A stretch of DNA of 64,000 bases, taken from positions 1 through 64,000 of IMG/VR virus record IMGVR_UViG_2675903375_000003. The stretch is one strand, 5' to 3'. The stretch is from a virus (lineage: Duplodnaviria; Caudoviricetes). The first letter of the stretch is position 1. Each line of letters opens with the position of its first letter. The translations under genes and the position numbers were made by a program. Shown piece by piece: positions 29,385-39,297 of the stretch. Below the pieces are notes generated by a model. The model searched no databases and had not been told where the DNA came from. It was given only the letters and a program-made list of their open reading frames with translations.

Positions 29385-29675
29385 ATGCTCACCCTCCCCG
29401 ACCGCTCCGGCATGATCCCCACCGGCCTGGAGATCTTCTTCCCGATGGGGCCCGGCGAGTACGTCGAGGACGGCCCGATCATGCGCCTCGACAAACGCGA
29501 CATCGAGACCTACACCGACCAGGACCTCGACACGCTCATCGCCGCCCGCATAGCCCCCTACCAGGCAGCCCACCCCGACTGGCGCATCGAAGCCCACCGT
29601 GCCTGGACCTTCGGCGGACTCACCGGTGGCAGCACAGTCGTCCAGGAACAGGCACCCGTCGAACCCACCGAGTAA
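29385..29675 (+). CDS. Hypothetical protein (possible fibre chaperone)
   Basis: AAGGA RBS; follows the fibre gene. Confidence 0.55.
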   Translation: MLTLPDRSGMIPTGLEIFFPMGPGEYVEDGPIMRLDKRDIETYTDQDLDTLIAARIAPYQAAHPDWRIEAHRAWTFGGLTGGSTVVQEQAPVEPTE

Positions 29676-29816
29676 CCGGCCGGGGGAACGCATGTCCTCA
29701 CGGCCCGTAACCTGATCACAGGGCGACCCTCCGCCCCACCGCTCCACCCCCGAGGGACGGCCGCCGGCAGCGGCCCACCATCCAGCCTGGCGCGGGGAGT
29801 CCAGGAGCACGGGCGA

Positions 29817-30638
29817 GTGCCCGAACTGACCGTCCACACCTACGACGTGCCACCGGCCCTCGGCCGGCACCTCGTGCTGGACCCGCGCACCCTCGCCTAC
29901 CGGCGCCGCTACACCGGCGACCCCATCCGCCGCACCGAGTGGGAACCCAAGGCCCCCGTCCTGGACCAGCAGCACCTTCTCACCCAAGGCATCCGCACCA
30001 GCGTCCTGTTCGCCGACACCGCCGACGTCGACGCCCTCGCCTCCTGCACCGGCAACGCCGCCACCGCGGCCCTGTCCGTCCTGCACACCACCCGCACCCT
30101 CGCCGACGCAGGACTGGACACCACCGACCCGGCCGCCGCAGAAGCCTTCGCCATCGGCCTCTACGCGCAAGCCACCACCCGCGACCAGTGGCACAGCATG
30201 GCCTGGCCCTCCGACGACTGCGGCTCCTCCGGCCTCGGCGTCGCCAAGGCCCTGCGCGCCCGCGGACTCATCGACCAGTACGGCACCGCCACCACCGCGG
30301 AGGAACTGTGCATGCTCCTCCAGACCGGGCCCGTCCTCATGGGCATGCCGTGGCACGCCGCGTTCAGCGAACCGGACCCCAACGGCTTCATCGACACCGC
30401 GGACGGCTGGGACAAGTCACCGGTCGAGGGCGGCCACGAGGTGTGCATCACCGCCCTCGAGACCGTCGCCACCCACAAGGGCGGCGGTCTGAGCTACGTC
30501 GACACGATCCTCCGCGCCCGGAACTCCTGGTCGTCCTCCTGGGGCGACCACGGCGAGTTCCGGTTCTCCCTCGCCCTGTACCAGTCCCTCCGCCCCGAGA
30601 TCGACCTGGTGCACCCCCGATTGGACACGATCCGATGA
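29817..30638 (+). CDS. Papain-like (C1) cysteine peptidase
   Basis: SCTGNA (Cys), GGHEV (His), RNSW...WGDHG (Asn) in papain order. Confidence 0.8.
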   Translation: MPELTVHTYDVPPALGRHLVLDPRTLAYRRRYTGDPIRRTEWEPKAPVLDQQHLLTQGIRTSVLFADTADVDALASCTGNAATAALSVLHTTRTLADAGLDTTDPAAAEAFAIGLYAQATTRDQWHSMAWPSDDCGSSGLGVAKALRARGLIDQYGTATTAEELCMLLQTGPVLMGMPWHAAFSEPDPNGFIDTADGWDKSPVEGGHEVCITALETVATHKGGGLSYVDTILRARNSWSSSWGDHGEFRFSLALYQSLRPEIDLVHPRLDTIR

Positions 30639-32029
30639 CCCAGTACCACGTCGCAGTCGACCACCTTGCCTCGCCCGACCCGAACAGCCCCGTCCAGACC
30701 AGCACCACCTACCTGGGCACCGTCGGCCAGGCCCACGTCGACGAAGTCCGCGCGATCGCCGACCTGCCCGACAGCGGCCGCATCGTCAAGGAACACCCGC
30801 GGCTGGCGGGCGCGTTCATGGTGCTCCGCAACGACGGCGACCTGGACGTGTACGTACCGACCGACGCCGCCGAATACCGCGTCTACCAGCCCGACCCGGG
30901 CCCCAAGACCCGCAACGAGGGCGGCGACCTCGCCCCGGACAACGCACAGACCGTGAAGACCACACCAGGCGACCTGCCGCGCGGCGCCTCCGGCCCGGCC
31001 TACATCACCGGCGTCGTCCGCGTCGGCGACCAGTCCATCGGCGGCGCCATGGACACCCCCAGCCACCCACCGCGGAAGACCTGGCACACCACCGAATCCC
31101 CGGCAGGCCAGTCGTACTTCTACTCCGTCGCCGCCTACCTGATGCGAGTCGGCGCCGAACCCCAGGTCATCTACGACCCCGACTCCGATCTCCTCGGACA
31201 GTTCGGTCCGCTCACCCAGTCCGGGCGGGCGCTCCGCAACGACGGCACCCGCCGCACCAACCGCGAAGGCAAGGTCAACATCCAGGTCGAGGTGCTGGGA
31301 CGTGCCAGCCAGCCGTGGACGAAGGGCTTCGACCCGGCGAAGAAGCCCAACTTCCGCAAGCTGCTGGCGGCCGGCCGGGCGCACGGCATCCCCGACGCCT
31401 GGCCCGCCGGGAAGCCCCCGGCCACCGCAGCCGCAGCCGCCAAGGGATCCCGCTCCCGTACGACGTGGGAGACCAAGGGCGGCCACTACGCGCACGGCCA
31501 GGTGCCCGGAAACGACCACTGGGACCCGGGCGCCATCGACACCAGCATCGTCCCCGGCAACCCCCCCACCACCCCGGGCACCGGCGGCGGAGGCGACACC
31601 GGGGCCACCGGCGGGACCGGCACGTACACGGTGAAGAAGGGCGACACCCTGTCCTCGATCGCCAAGGCCCACGCCACCACCGTCGCCAAGCTGACCTCCC
31701 TCAACGGCCTGTCCGACCCGGACGAGCTGAAGGTCGGGCAGCAGCTGAAGGTTCCCGCGAAGGAGCCGTCCAAGCCGGTGTACGAGCCGTTCCCCGGCTC
31801 CGCGTTCTTCCACGGCGGCCGCCACTCCCCGATCGTCACCGCCCTCGGACGCCGCCTGGTCCAGCTCGGGTTCGGCCGGTACTACAAGCTCGGCCCCGGC
31901 CCCAACTGGACCAACGCCGACAAGGAAGCCGTCGCCGCGTTCCAGCGGTCCCAGCCCGAGCTGGCCGGGGACGCGGACGGCATCCCGGGCCCGAAGACGT
32001 GGGCAGCCCTGAAGATCCCCAAGGTCTGA
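30635..32029 (+). CDS. Endolysin: N-terminal unknown domain, amidase, LysM, peptidoglycan-binding domain
   Basis: WHTTE...QVEV...H..VPGNDHWDPG amidase; YTVKKGDTLSSIA LysM; AFQR...ADGIPGPKTW. Confidence 0.9.
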   Translation: MTQYHVAVDHLASPDPNSPVQTSTTYLGTVGQAHVDEVRAIADLPDSGRIVKEHPRLAGAFMVLRNDGDLDVYVPTDAAEYRVYQPDPGPKTRNEGGDLAPDNAQTVKTTPGDLPRGASGPAYITGVVRVGDQSIGGAMDTPSHPPRKTWHTTESPAGQSYFYSVAAYLMRVGAEPQVIYDPDSDLLGQFGPLTQSGRALRNDGTRRTNREGKVNIQVEVLGRASQPWTKGFDPAKKPNFRKLLAAGRAHGIPDAWPAGKPPATAAAAAKGSRSRTTWETKGGHYAHGQVPGNDHWDPGAIDTSIVPGNPPTTPGTGGGGDTGATGGTGTYTVKKGDTLSSIAKAHATTVAKLTSLNGLSDPDELKVGQQLKVPAKEPSKPVYEPFPGSAFFHGGRHSPIVTALGRRLVQLGFGRYYKLGPGPNWTNADKEAVAAFQRSQPELAGDADGIPGPKTWAALKIPKV

Positions 32030-32071
32030 ACCCTGCAGCCCCCACCAACCCCCTTCTCGAAGGAGACCGTT

Positions 32072-32458
32072 GTGAGAATATTCGGACGCGAACCCGTCGC
32101 GATCATGGCGTTCATCGCCGTCGCCCTGAAGCTCAGCTCCGCCTACGGGTGGGACGTCGACGCGGACACCCAGGCCGCCATCATGGTCGCCCTCTCGTGC
32201 ATCGTCGCGGTGGTCGAGGCGTTCGTCCTCAAGACCGGCGCCGCGTTCGCCGCGATCGTCAACCTGGGACACGCCGCCATCGCCCTGTTCCTGGCCCTCG
32301 GACTGGAGATGAGCGCCACGGACCAGGCCCTGTGGATGGCAGGCATCGAGTCCTTCATCGCCCTGTTCCTGCGCCGCGAGGTGACCGCACCGGTGCAATG
32401 GCTGCGCATCGAGCAGTCCAGCCCGCTGGACCGGGCCAACACGACCAGGGCAGCGTAG
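32072..32458 (+). CDS. Holin-like membrane protein
   Basis: Multiple TM segments, GREPV start, follows the endolysin. Confidence 0.7.
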   Translation: MRIFGREPVAIMAFIAVALKLSSAYGWDVDADTQAAIMVALSCIVAVVEAFVLKTGAAFAAIVNLGHAAIALFLALGLEMSATDQALWMAGIESFIALFLRREVTAPVQWLRIEQSSPLDRANTTRAA

Positions 32459-32905
32459 ATGAGGCGCCGGGCGGCCGAATGGTTCAGCGGACGAGTCGGC
32501 CTCCGCGGGCGCTTCCTCCTGTTCATGGGCGTCGGCAAGGTGTGCTGGGGCGTCGGACTGATCGTCGAACCGCCACCCGGCATGGGACTGACCCTGCTCA
32601 CGCACTACGCACCACTGCACTGCTGGGCCTGGGTATGGATCCTCGCTGGACTGGGGACCTTCACCTCGGCCTGGGTTCGGTTCACCCGCGACGTCCTCGG
32701 CTTCGTCGCCGCTTCCATCCCGCCCGCCCTGTGGGCCTTCGCCTACGGGTGGGCCGGGCTGGCCGGCGACTACAGCCGGGGCCTGTGGATTTTCGGCTGG
32801 TACATGACCTCGCACTGTGGGGTGATCTGGTGCGCATCACGAGTCCCACCTGAGTCCGGATCACCCGGTCAACTCGGCCGGGTGGCTGAGAGGAGACCCG
32901 GGTGA
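32459..32905 (+). CDS. Membrane protein (lysis cassette)
   Basis: About four hydrophobic segments. Confidence 0.6.
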   Translation: MRRRAAEWFSGRVGLRGRFLLFMGVGKVCWGVGLIVEPPPGMGLTLLTHYAPLHCWAWVWILAGLGTFTSAWVRFTRDVLGFVAASIPPALWAFAYGWAGLAGDYSRGLWIFGWYMTSHCGVIWCASRVPPESGSPGQLGRVAERRPG

Positions 32906-33231
32906 ATGGCGTCTGGGGAATCGTCGGCGCAGTCATCACCGTGCTCGGCGTTGTGACAACGGGTTTCTTCACCTACCGAGGAACACGCGCGGCAGCCGCC
33001 ATTCAGGCCGCGCCGCAGGCTGACGCAAACAAGTTCGCCGTGCTCCAGGCGACGGTACAGAGGGTCGACCAAGAGAACGGAAAGCTCCGAGAGCGCCAGT
33101 CCCGACTGGAGGCGCTGCTGAGGGCGTTCGCGTGGACCACGGACCGGTGGGCGCGGCAGATGCACGATCAGGGGATAGACCCCGACCCGGCTCACCCTCT
33201 CGTCGACGAGTACAACCGAACTGGAGTCTGA
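32902..33231 (+). CDS. Membrane-anchored coiled-coil protein (lysis accessory)
   Basis: N-terminal TM plus coiled coil. Confidence 0.6.
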   Translation: MNGVWGIVGAVITVLGVVTTGFFTYRGTRAAAAIQAAPQADANKFAVLQATVQRVDQENGKLRERQSRLEALLRAFAWTTDRWARQMHDQGIDPDPAHPLVDEYNRTGV

Positions 33232-33235
33232 ATCG

Positions 33236-34702
33236 ATGACCACCGTGAAGGGGAAGCTGCTCGGGGTCACCAACCCGCAGCGCGTGGAGATGGAAGCCCT
33301 CCTCGTCGACGTGACCGGACAGCCGGCCGTCGGCTACGTCCCCACCCAGGACGGCGAACTCGTCGCCCCCGTCCGCATCCAGGCGGACAACGACGGGGAC
33401 TGGACCGCCGACCTGACCGCGAACGATCTGGTGGAGTCGACGTCGGGGGACACACTGTGGGCGGTCCAGGAGGGCCGAGAGAGGGACGGCACTCCAGTCA
33501 TCACGTACATCCTCGTGCCGGAGTCCGGTGACGACTGGTGGGTGGGCGACCTGCGCGTCGACCTTTCCGGCACACAGACCGGGCAGGGAACCGTCGTGTA
33601 CGTGCCGGGCGAGACCGGGCCCCAAGGCCCCGCGGGCGTGCAGGGCCCGGCCGGCGCCACCGGACCGACCGGACCGCAAGGTCCCGCGGGGGCAGACGGA
33701 GCTGACGGACTGAACGGCGCACCAGGCGTGGCCGGCGAGCAAGGACCCGAAGGACCAGCAGGACCCACCGGACCCACCGGACCCACCGGGGCAACGGGAC
33801 CGGCCGGCCCGAAGGGTGACACCGGAGCTCAGGGCGCCAAGGGCGACACCGGAGACACCGGCCCGGCCGGAGCAGCCGGAGCAACAGGGCCCGCCGGTAC
33901 GCAGGGAGAAGAGGGCCCGCAAGGACCTGAAGGACCGCAGGGGCCCGAAGGACCTGAAGGACCACAGCCACCGCTCGGCGCGGCAGGCGCCGGTGCAGAC
34001 ATCGCACTGCGCTCCACCGACCCCACGACGACGAACCCCCGCACCCCCACCGCTCACGCCGCCTCCCACGCCACCGCCGGCTCCGACCCCCTGTCCCCGG
34101 ACGCGATCGGCGCGCTGCCCGCCGCGGGCGGCACCATCAACGGCCACCTCGCCGTCACCGGCAACGCCCTGGGCCTGGACACCCCGGCCGTCCACGGGGC
34201 CGCCGCCTGGTGCTACGACCCCGCGCTGGCCGTGAACTCCTCGCAGCTCTCCAACGGCGTGCTCTACCTGATCCGCGTCGACATCGCCGCCGCCGTGACC
34301 GCCACGAAGCTGCACTGGTGGGTGGGGAACTCCGGCTCGTCCCCAGTCTCCGGGCAGAACCAGGTCGGCCTGTACGACTCCACCGGCACCCTGCTGGCCT
34401 CCGCGACCGTCGACGCCGACATCTCCTCGGCCAACCTGAAGACCACCACCATCACCGGCCAGCCCCTGTCGGCGGGGGAGTTCTACTGGGTGGGCATGCT
34501 GTTCAACGCGTCGGTGCCGCCCACGCTCACCCGGGCCTCCGGCTGGACCGGCGCGGCCGCCGCCGCGAACCTGGGCCTGCCCGCGGCCGCGGCCCGGTTC
34601 GCCACCAACGGCAGCGGCCGGACAGCACTGCCCTCGTCGATCAACCCCGCGTCGAACGTGGGCACCGAGTTCGCCGGGCCGTGGGCAGCGGTCAGCGCAT
34701 GA
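33236..34702 (+). CDS. Collagen-like fibre protein
   Basis: About 40 uninterrupted Gly-X-Y triplets (33608-33967) between globular domains. Confidence 0.85.
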   Translation: MTTVKGKLLGVTNPQRVEMEALLVDVTGQPAVGYVPTQDGELVAPVRIQADNDGDWTADLTANDLVESTSGDTLWAVQEGRERDGTPVITYILVPESGDDWWVGDLRVDLSGTQTGQGTVVYVPGETGPQGPAGVQGPAGATGPTGPQGPAGADGADGLNGAPGVAGEQGPEGPAGPTGPTGPTGATGPAGPKGDTGAQGAKGDTGDTGPAGAAGATGPAGTQGEEGPQGPEGPQGPEGPEGPQPPLGAAGAGADIALRSTDPTTTNPRTPTAHAASHATAGSDPLSPDAIGALPAAGGTINGHLAVTGNALGLDTPAVHGAAAWCYDPALAVNSSQLSNGVLYLIRVDIAAAVTATKLHWWVGNSGSSPVSGQNQVGLYDSTGTLLASATVDADISSANLKTTTITGQPLSAGEFYWVGMLFNASVPPTLTRASGWTGAAAAANLGLPAAAARFATNGSGRTALPSSINPASNVGTEFAGPWAAVSA

Positions 34703-34721
34703 ACGTACGTACGATGACGCC

Positions 34722-34901
34722 ATGACCAGCCCTGCAGCCCTCAGACCCGTCCCGCCCGCCCCTGTGTGCGCCCCGGCCCAGGTCGGCCCGTGTACGGCCT
34801 GCGGGCACCCGACACACCGGTACGGGTTCGGCGGCTGCCCGCTGTGCGTCGTGTGTCTGGTTCCGGTACGACAGCGGCAGACGAAACAGGTCCCCCAGTA
34901 G
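34722..34901 (+). CDS. Small CxxC...CxxC protein
   Basis: 59 aa ORF (CTACG...CVVC); TACGAT 6 nt before the ATG. Confidence 0.5.
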   Translation: MTSPAALRPVPPAPVCAPAQVGPCTACGHPTHRYGFGGCPLCVVCLVPVRQRQTKQVPQ

Positions 34902-34910
34902 GCTGCCGCC

Positions 34911-35312
34911 ATGCGGAACGAGTGGGATGCGGGGGCCACGCCGTGGCTGCGCCAGCATCAGACGACAGCAGGGTACGGCGATCAACAGAACCCGGTGCAG
35001 TGCATGTTCTGCGGAGCGCAGAGCATCAAGCGATCCGCCTCCGACCGAGATCAAGACACGGGGCGAATCGAGCTGTACTGCGACAACCAGCTCTGTGACG
35101 CCCGCGAGATGGTGCTCCTGGTCAAGCGGGACGGTGCCGAGTCCATATTCCGCGCCGACGTTCGGGCACTCCACCTCGTGGACGACGGCACGTTCGATGT
35201 GCACTCGGCCTTCCCGCCCGAGGTCAAGTCCTACTCCATGGCCGACCTGCTGGCCGACCGCGGCAACGAGGTGGAGCGCAGGATGCGTAAGGCGACCCGG
35301 CCGACGGACTGA
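34911..35312 (+). CDS. Zn-ribbon hypothetical protein
   Basis: CMFCG...CDNQLC; TAGGCT 6 nt before the ATG. Confidence 0.6.
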   Translation: MRNEWDAGATPWLRQHQTTAGYGDQQNPVQCMFCGAQSIKRSASDRDQDTGRIELYCDNQLCDAREMVLLVKRDGAESIFRADVRALHLVDDGTFDVHSAFPPEVKSYSMADLLADRGNEVERRMRKATRPTD

Positions 35313-35434
35313 GGTAGATCCGGCTGAAGTCGGCTGACGTGCATGGCGGCGCGAATAGCCCTGGGTTCCTTCATGGGAAGCCAGGGCCGGCACCGTGAGA
35401 CCGTCAAGGTGTCGCCATCCTGAAGGAGGGACCC

Positions 35435-35770
35435 ATGGGACACCGCCCCTACCCGAACGCCGACCGGGCGCGCCGGTACGTCGACGCCAGGCACGGAAGC
35501 GACTGCCCGCGATGCGGCCACCACGCCTCCGTTCACCCCTACCGTCGGGGCCAGTTCGTGTGCAGCCCCTCCCGCGACGGCATGCCCTCCTGCCGCGAGT
35601 GCACCGCCCGCCTCATGGCTTTGAGGGAGGGCCCGCTGCGTGGGTTCGCCGAGAGCACCGCACGGGTTCACATCACCATGCCGAACCTTCGTCTCCCGAC
35701 CTCGGCCACTGGTCTCGTGGTCCGCTCGGTCGACGAATCCCTTCTCCGGGCATTCAGGCATCGTGCTTAG
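35435..35770 (+). CDS. Hypothetical Cys-rich protein
   Basis: AGGAGG RBS; CPRCGH...CREC. Confidence 0.55.
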   Translation: MGHRPYPNADRARRYVDARHGSDCPRCGHHASVHPYRRGQFVCSPSRDGMPSCRECTARLMALREGPLRGFAESTARVHITMPNLRLPTSATGLVVRSVDESLLRAFRHRA

Positions 35771-35821
35771 GATCGTTCCTGGCGAAGAATCGCACGCACA
35801 ATCGAGCACGGGGAGTGCCGC

Positions 35822-36112
35822 GTGGAGATCCTCGACGAGATCCGCTTCCACATGCAGGTGGCCACCGACGCCCGCCGCACCCTCATGTGCACGCCGGATC
35901 AGGCCGATGCCGTCCGGGCCGCCGTGGACCAGCTGGGCGCGAGCCACATCTTCACGGTGAAGGCCAGCCCGTGCTGTCCGGAGGGGACGATCGTCGTGAT
36001 CGACGAGCAGGCCCTCGAGGCGTCCTGGCAGCAGAGCATCCAGCGCACCGGACACGATCTCCGCGTCTACGGACTGCGCGGACGGGACAGCGGACCGTCT
36101 GACTCCCGATAA
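35822..36112 (+). CDS. Hypothetical protein
   Basis: GGAG RBS; codon usage. Confidence 0.55.
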   Translation: MEILDEIRFHMQVATDARRTLMCTPDQADAVRAAVDQLGASHIFTVKASPCCPEGTIVVIDEQALEASWQQSIQRTGHDLRVYGLRGRDSGPSDSR

Positions 36113-36153
36113 GCTCACATATCAAGAACGATCACGAGCAGGGGAGACGCACC

Positions 36154-36396
36154 GTGGACGAGATCAAACTCGGTGACTTCGCCACCACAACCGATGCGGA
36201 TGGAGTCCAGTACGTTGCCGCTTCCGACATGACCAACCTCCTCCGCACGATCGCCGGCCTCTACGTCACCAGGTCCTGGCAAGACACAACAGCCGACGGC
36301 GCGCGCACGCTGAAAAGCCTCTCGGAAGAACTCGTCAGGATCGCCGACACCTTGGACGTCCACTTCATCACCGAGCAGGGCGACGGACATGAGTGA
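36154..36396 (+). CDS. Hypothetical protein
   Basis: GGAG RBS; overlaps the recombinase start. Confidence 0.55.
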   Translation: MDEIKLGDFATTTDADGVQYVAASDMTNLLRTIAGLYVTRSWQDTTADGARTLKSLSEELVRIADTLDVHFITEQGDGHE

Positions 36397-37405
36397 CATC
36401 CTCCCCGCTCGCTCTCTCCTGCCCGCCGAGTTCGACGATGATCTGCGCGCACGCCTGGCCGCCCTCGATGCCGCATCCGACGAACACGCTGACGACCAAC
36501 GGCCGGACAACACCAAGCGGTCGTACGCCTCCGACTGGAAGACCTGGGAAGCCTTCTGCACCCAGCTCCAGATCCCGCCCACCGCCGCCACCCGCGGCAC
36601 ACTCCGCGCCTTCGTCGACTACCTCTGGAACCGCGAACAGCGCGCCTACTCCACCATCGACCGGAAACTCGCCGGCGTCGTCGTCACCCTCCGGCGGCCG
36701 CCGTACAACGTCCTCGTCGACCCCGACGCCACCCGCGCCGCCCGCGAACTCCTCAAGGACTACCGGAAGAAGGCCGACGCAGCCGAAGAACCGGCGCGCG
36801 GCCGCGGCAAGGCCCCCGCCATGCGCCTGGCCGACCTACGACTCATCGTCTCCAAGTGCGACACCGACATCTTCGGCCTCCGCGACCGCGCGATGATCCT
36901 CCTCGGGTTCTCCATCGCCGCCCGCCGCGCCGAACTCGCCGGCCTGCGCCTGCGGAACATCCGCGACGACGACAACGGCCTCCTCGTCGACGTTCGCGTC
37001 TCCAAGACCGAACCCCGAACCGTCGCCGTCCCCCACGGCAAGAACCCGGAGACCTGCCCGGTCCGGGCCTGGCACACCTGGCGCGACGCCGCACAGATCC
37101 TCGACCCGGACCGCCACGCCTTCCGCCGAATCCACCACACCGGCGCCGTCCAACCCCAGGGCCTCACCCCGCAGCGCGCCGGCGACGTCATCACCGCCGC
37201 CGGGCTCCGCGCCGGGTTCGAGGAACTCTTCACCGGGCACTCCGTGCGCTCCGGCATGGCCACCGAGGCACGCCGTGCCGGGAAGGACCGCAAGGCCATC
37301 GCCGCCGTCACCGGCCACGCGGACGGCTCCAAGGTCCTCGACGGCTACATGCAGATCGTTGATCAGTGGGGAGAGCAGGACAATGCTCTCGTGGGCCTGA
37401 TGTAG
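36389..37405 (+). CDS. Tyrosine recombinase, Cre-like
   Basis: RDRAMILLGF..AARRAEL, SKT, GHSVRSG, TGH and DGY give a complete R-K-HxxR-H-Y set. Confidence 0.9.
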   Translation: MSDILPARSLLPAEFDDDLRARLAALDAASDEHADDQRPDNTKRSYASDWKTWEAFCTQLQIPPTAATRGTLRAFVDYLWNREQRAYSTIDRKLAGVVVTLRRPPYNVLVDPDATRAARELLKDYRKKADAAEEPARGRGKAPAMRLADLRLIVSKCDTDIFGLRDRAMILLGFSIAARRAELAGLRLRNIRDDDNGLLVDVRVSKTEPRTVAVPHGKNPETCPVRAWHTWRDAAQILDPDRHAFRRIHHTGAVQPQGLTPQRAGDVITAAGLRAGFEELFTGHSVRSGMATEARRAGKDRKAIAAVTGHADGSKVLDGYMQIVDQWGEQDNALVGLM

Positions 37406-37431
37406 GTCCGGCCACTCCAAGGAGGAAGATC

Positions 37432-38007
37432 ATGGCTGTCCACCTGGCACCGGGCATCACGCTGGAAGGGTTCGACCCGCGGCGGAGCGATGACGTTGAC
37501 ATCCTCCAGGGCATGTTCATCGACTACCTGCTCGAGGAGTTCCAGCGCATCGGAGAGCTGGCATTCGGTAACCCCGTCGCGAACTACTTGGCTACGACCT
37601 TCATCCGGCGCGAAGGCGAAGAGGCGGGGTTCATGTCGCTGGACGGCGGCCGTCAAGCAGTAGAGCTGATCTACGTGAAGCCAGAGTTCCGAGGCCAGGG
37701 ACTCGCTGAGCTGGCACTTCAGGAGACGGACCGCGTCTGTCCCAACAAGCTCGCCCTCAAGACGCCCCTGACGCCCGGCGGCGAGGCCCTCGCGAACCGC
37801 TTGGAGCTGGACCGAGCCGACAACTTCCCCCACGAGGCGGCGAAGAACGCGGAGTTCCTCCAGAGCGTACGGGACCGCATCAAGCAGACCTGCCCACACG
37901 GCAAGAAGTCTGGCGACCCGCGGAAACCGTGCGCACGCTGCTACCGCAAGTTCCTGCGCAGTTACGCCGCCCGCGGCATGGAAAAGTACGTGGCGCCGTT
38001 CCAATAG
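37432..38007 (+). CDS. GNAT acetyltransferase with C-terminal Cys/His cluster
   Basis: YVKPEFRGQGLA acetyl-CoA motif A; CPH...CARC; AGGAGG RBS. Confidence 0.75.
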   Translation: MAVHLAPGITLEGFDPRRSDDVDILQGMFIDYLLEEFQRIGELAFGNPVANYLATTFIRREGEEAGFMSLDGGRQAVELIYVKPEFRGQGLAELALQETDRVCPNKLALKTPLTPGGEALANRLELDRADNFPHEAAKNAEFLQSVRDRIKQTCPHGKKSGDPRKPCARCYRKFLRSYAARGMEKYVAPFQ

Positions 38008-38046
38008 GGCAGTCGCCCCTGGGCTCGGTTGGCTTCTCAGAGAAAA

Positions 38047-39015
38047 CTAGTTGCCGCCAGGTTCCTCGGCGCCCGCTTCGGCCTCGGCCTCGGCCTGCCG
38101 GGCGCGCCGCTTCGCGCGCGTGCCGTTGCCGGGCTTGTTCAGCGTCTCCCAGTCCGGCTCCTCGCCGGGGTCCTTCGTCGCCACCTTCGTCACCTTCAGC
38201 CCCGCGGCCCGGCCCCGGGTGTGCTGGCTCGTGTCGCACGTGAGGAGCCGTACCTCGCGGCCGGCCAGTCCCTGGATGGCGACCGTCCGGTCGATGATCT
38301 CGACGTCGGGGCGGTCCAGACGTACGTGGCCGGGCGGATCGAGGACGATCTCGACGTTGACCCGGCCGTAGGTCTCGCCCTCCGCGGGGACACGCTTCCC
38401 CTCGCGAAGAACTCCGTGCTCGTGGCCGTTGAGGACGCCATCGAGGAGACCGAGGGTGTGGGCGGCACGCCAGCGGGGCCGCGCTTTGCTGGCGTCCTTC
38501 AGGTCGTCCAGCTCGTCGACCACCACGATCGGGAACAGCAGGCGCACGTACTCCCGGCGCGGCACGTCGAGGATCTCGTGGATGTCGACGTCGGCCAGCT
38601 TCACCTCGTTCTGGATGTAGAAGCTGGAGTCGGCGACGACGAACACCTCCCGCTGGTTCCAGCGGCCGATCCAGGTGTCCAGCGTGTACACGGCGGCCTC
38701 GAGCGCCTCGATCCGTTCGGCTACCTCGAGTTGGACCAGACGGTTCACCAGGCGCGTCTGCGCGGTTCCTGCGAGTGTGCCGCAGCTGGCCAGCAGTACC
38801 CGGTAGCGGTCGGTGAGGATGAGCGTGTCCAGGTCGCGGTCGCTGATCTGGGGGCGCAGCATCCGAGCGGACTCCGTGGCCCACTCCAGATACGCCAGCA
38901 GAGCATCGTAGGCGCTGTCGTACGGCTTCTGCAGGTTCATGGCCGCGACGTGGACACCGCCGAGTACCTGACGGATGTTCTTCCGATCCGCGCCTGGGCG
39001 GGGTGTGATGAGCAT
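38047..39015 (-). CDS. PIN-domain nuclease with helical N-terminal domain
   Basis: VADSS, PIVVVDELDDLK, DVEII and LLTCD acidic PIN motifs. Confidence 0.8.
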   Translation of the reverse strand: MLITPRPGADRKNIRQVLGGVHVAAMNLQKPYDSAYDALLAYLEWATESARMLRPQISDRDLDTLILTDRYRVLLASCGTLAGTAQTRLVNRLVQLEVAERIEALEAAVYTLDTWIGRWNQREVFVVADSSFYIQNEVKLADVDIHEILDVPRREYVRLLFPIVVVDELDDLKDASKARPRWRAAHTLGLLDGVLNGHEHGVLREGKRVPAEGETYGRVNVEIVLDPPGHVRLDRPDVEIIDRTVAIQGLAGREVRLLTCDTSQHTRGRAAGLKVTKVATKDPGEEPDWETLNKPGNGTRAKRRARQAEAEAEAGAEEPGGN

Positions 39016-39058
39016 GCCGCTGATCCTGCCAGGGGGTTCTGACAGCGGGAACCGGATT

Positions 39059-39256
39059 TCAGGAGACCGGCAGGGTGTGACGGCCGTTCGCGTCGACCAC
39101 GATGACGGGCGGGCAGCCGGGGCAGGAGTACAGGTTCTGGGTGCCGATCCACCGCCAGCCCGCCTCCCACAACGGCTTGTGGTTCCGGTCCTCCGGCAGG
39201 CCGGCGGTGGCCCCGCAGTTGGTGCAGGTGAGGAACGAGGGCTTCGTGTACGCCAT
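39059..39256 (-). CDS. Small Zn-ribbon protein
   Basis: CTNCG...GW...CPGC; TATGCT 7 nt before the ATG. Confidence 0.55.
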   Translation of the reverse strand: MAYTKPSFLTCTNCGATAGLPEDRNHKPLWEAGWRWIGTQNLYSCPGCPPVIVVDANGRHTLPVS

Positions 39257-39297
39257 GACGGCCAGCATATCGGCGCCCCGGCCCGGCTCTGGCCCGG

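Noticed and set aside
33608-33967. Non-coding tandem repeat or iteron array
   Set aside because: The 9-bp periodicity is fully explained by collagen Gly-X-Y coding
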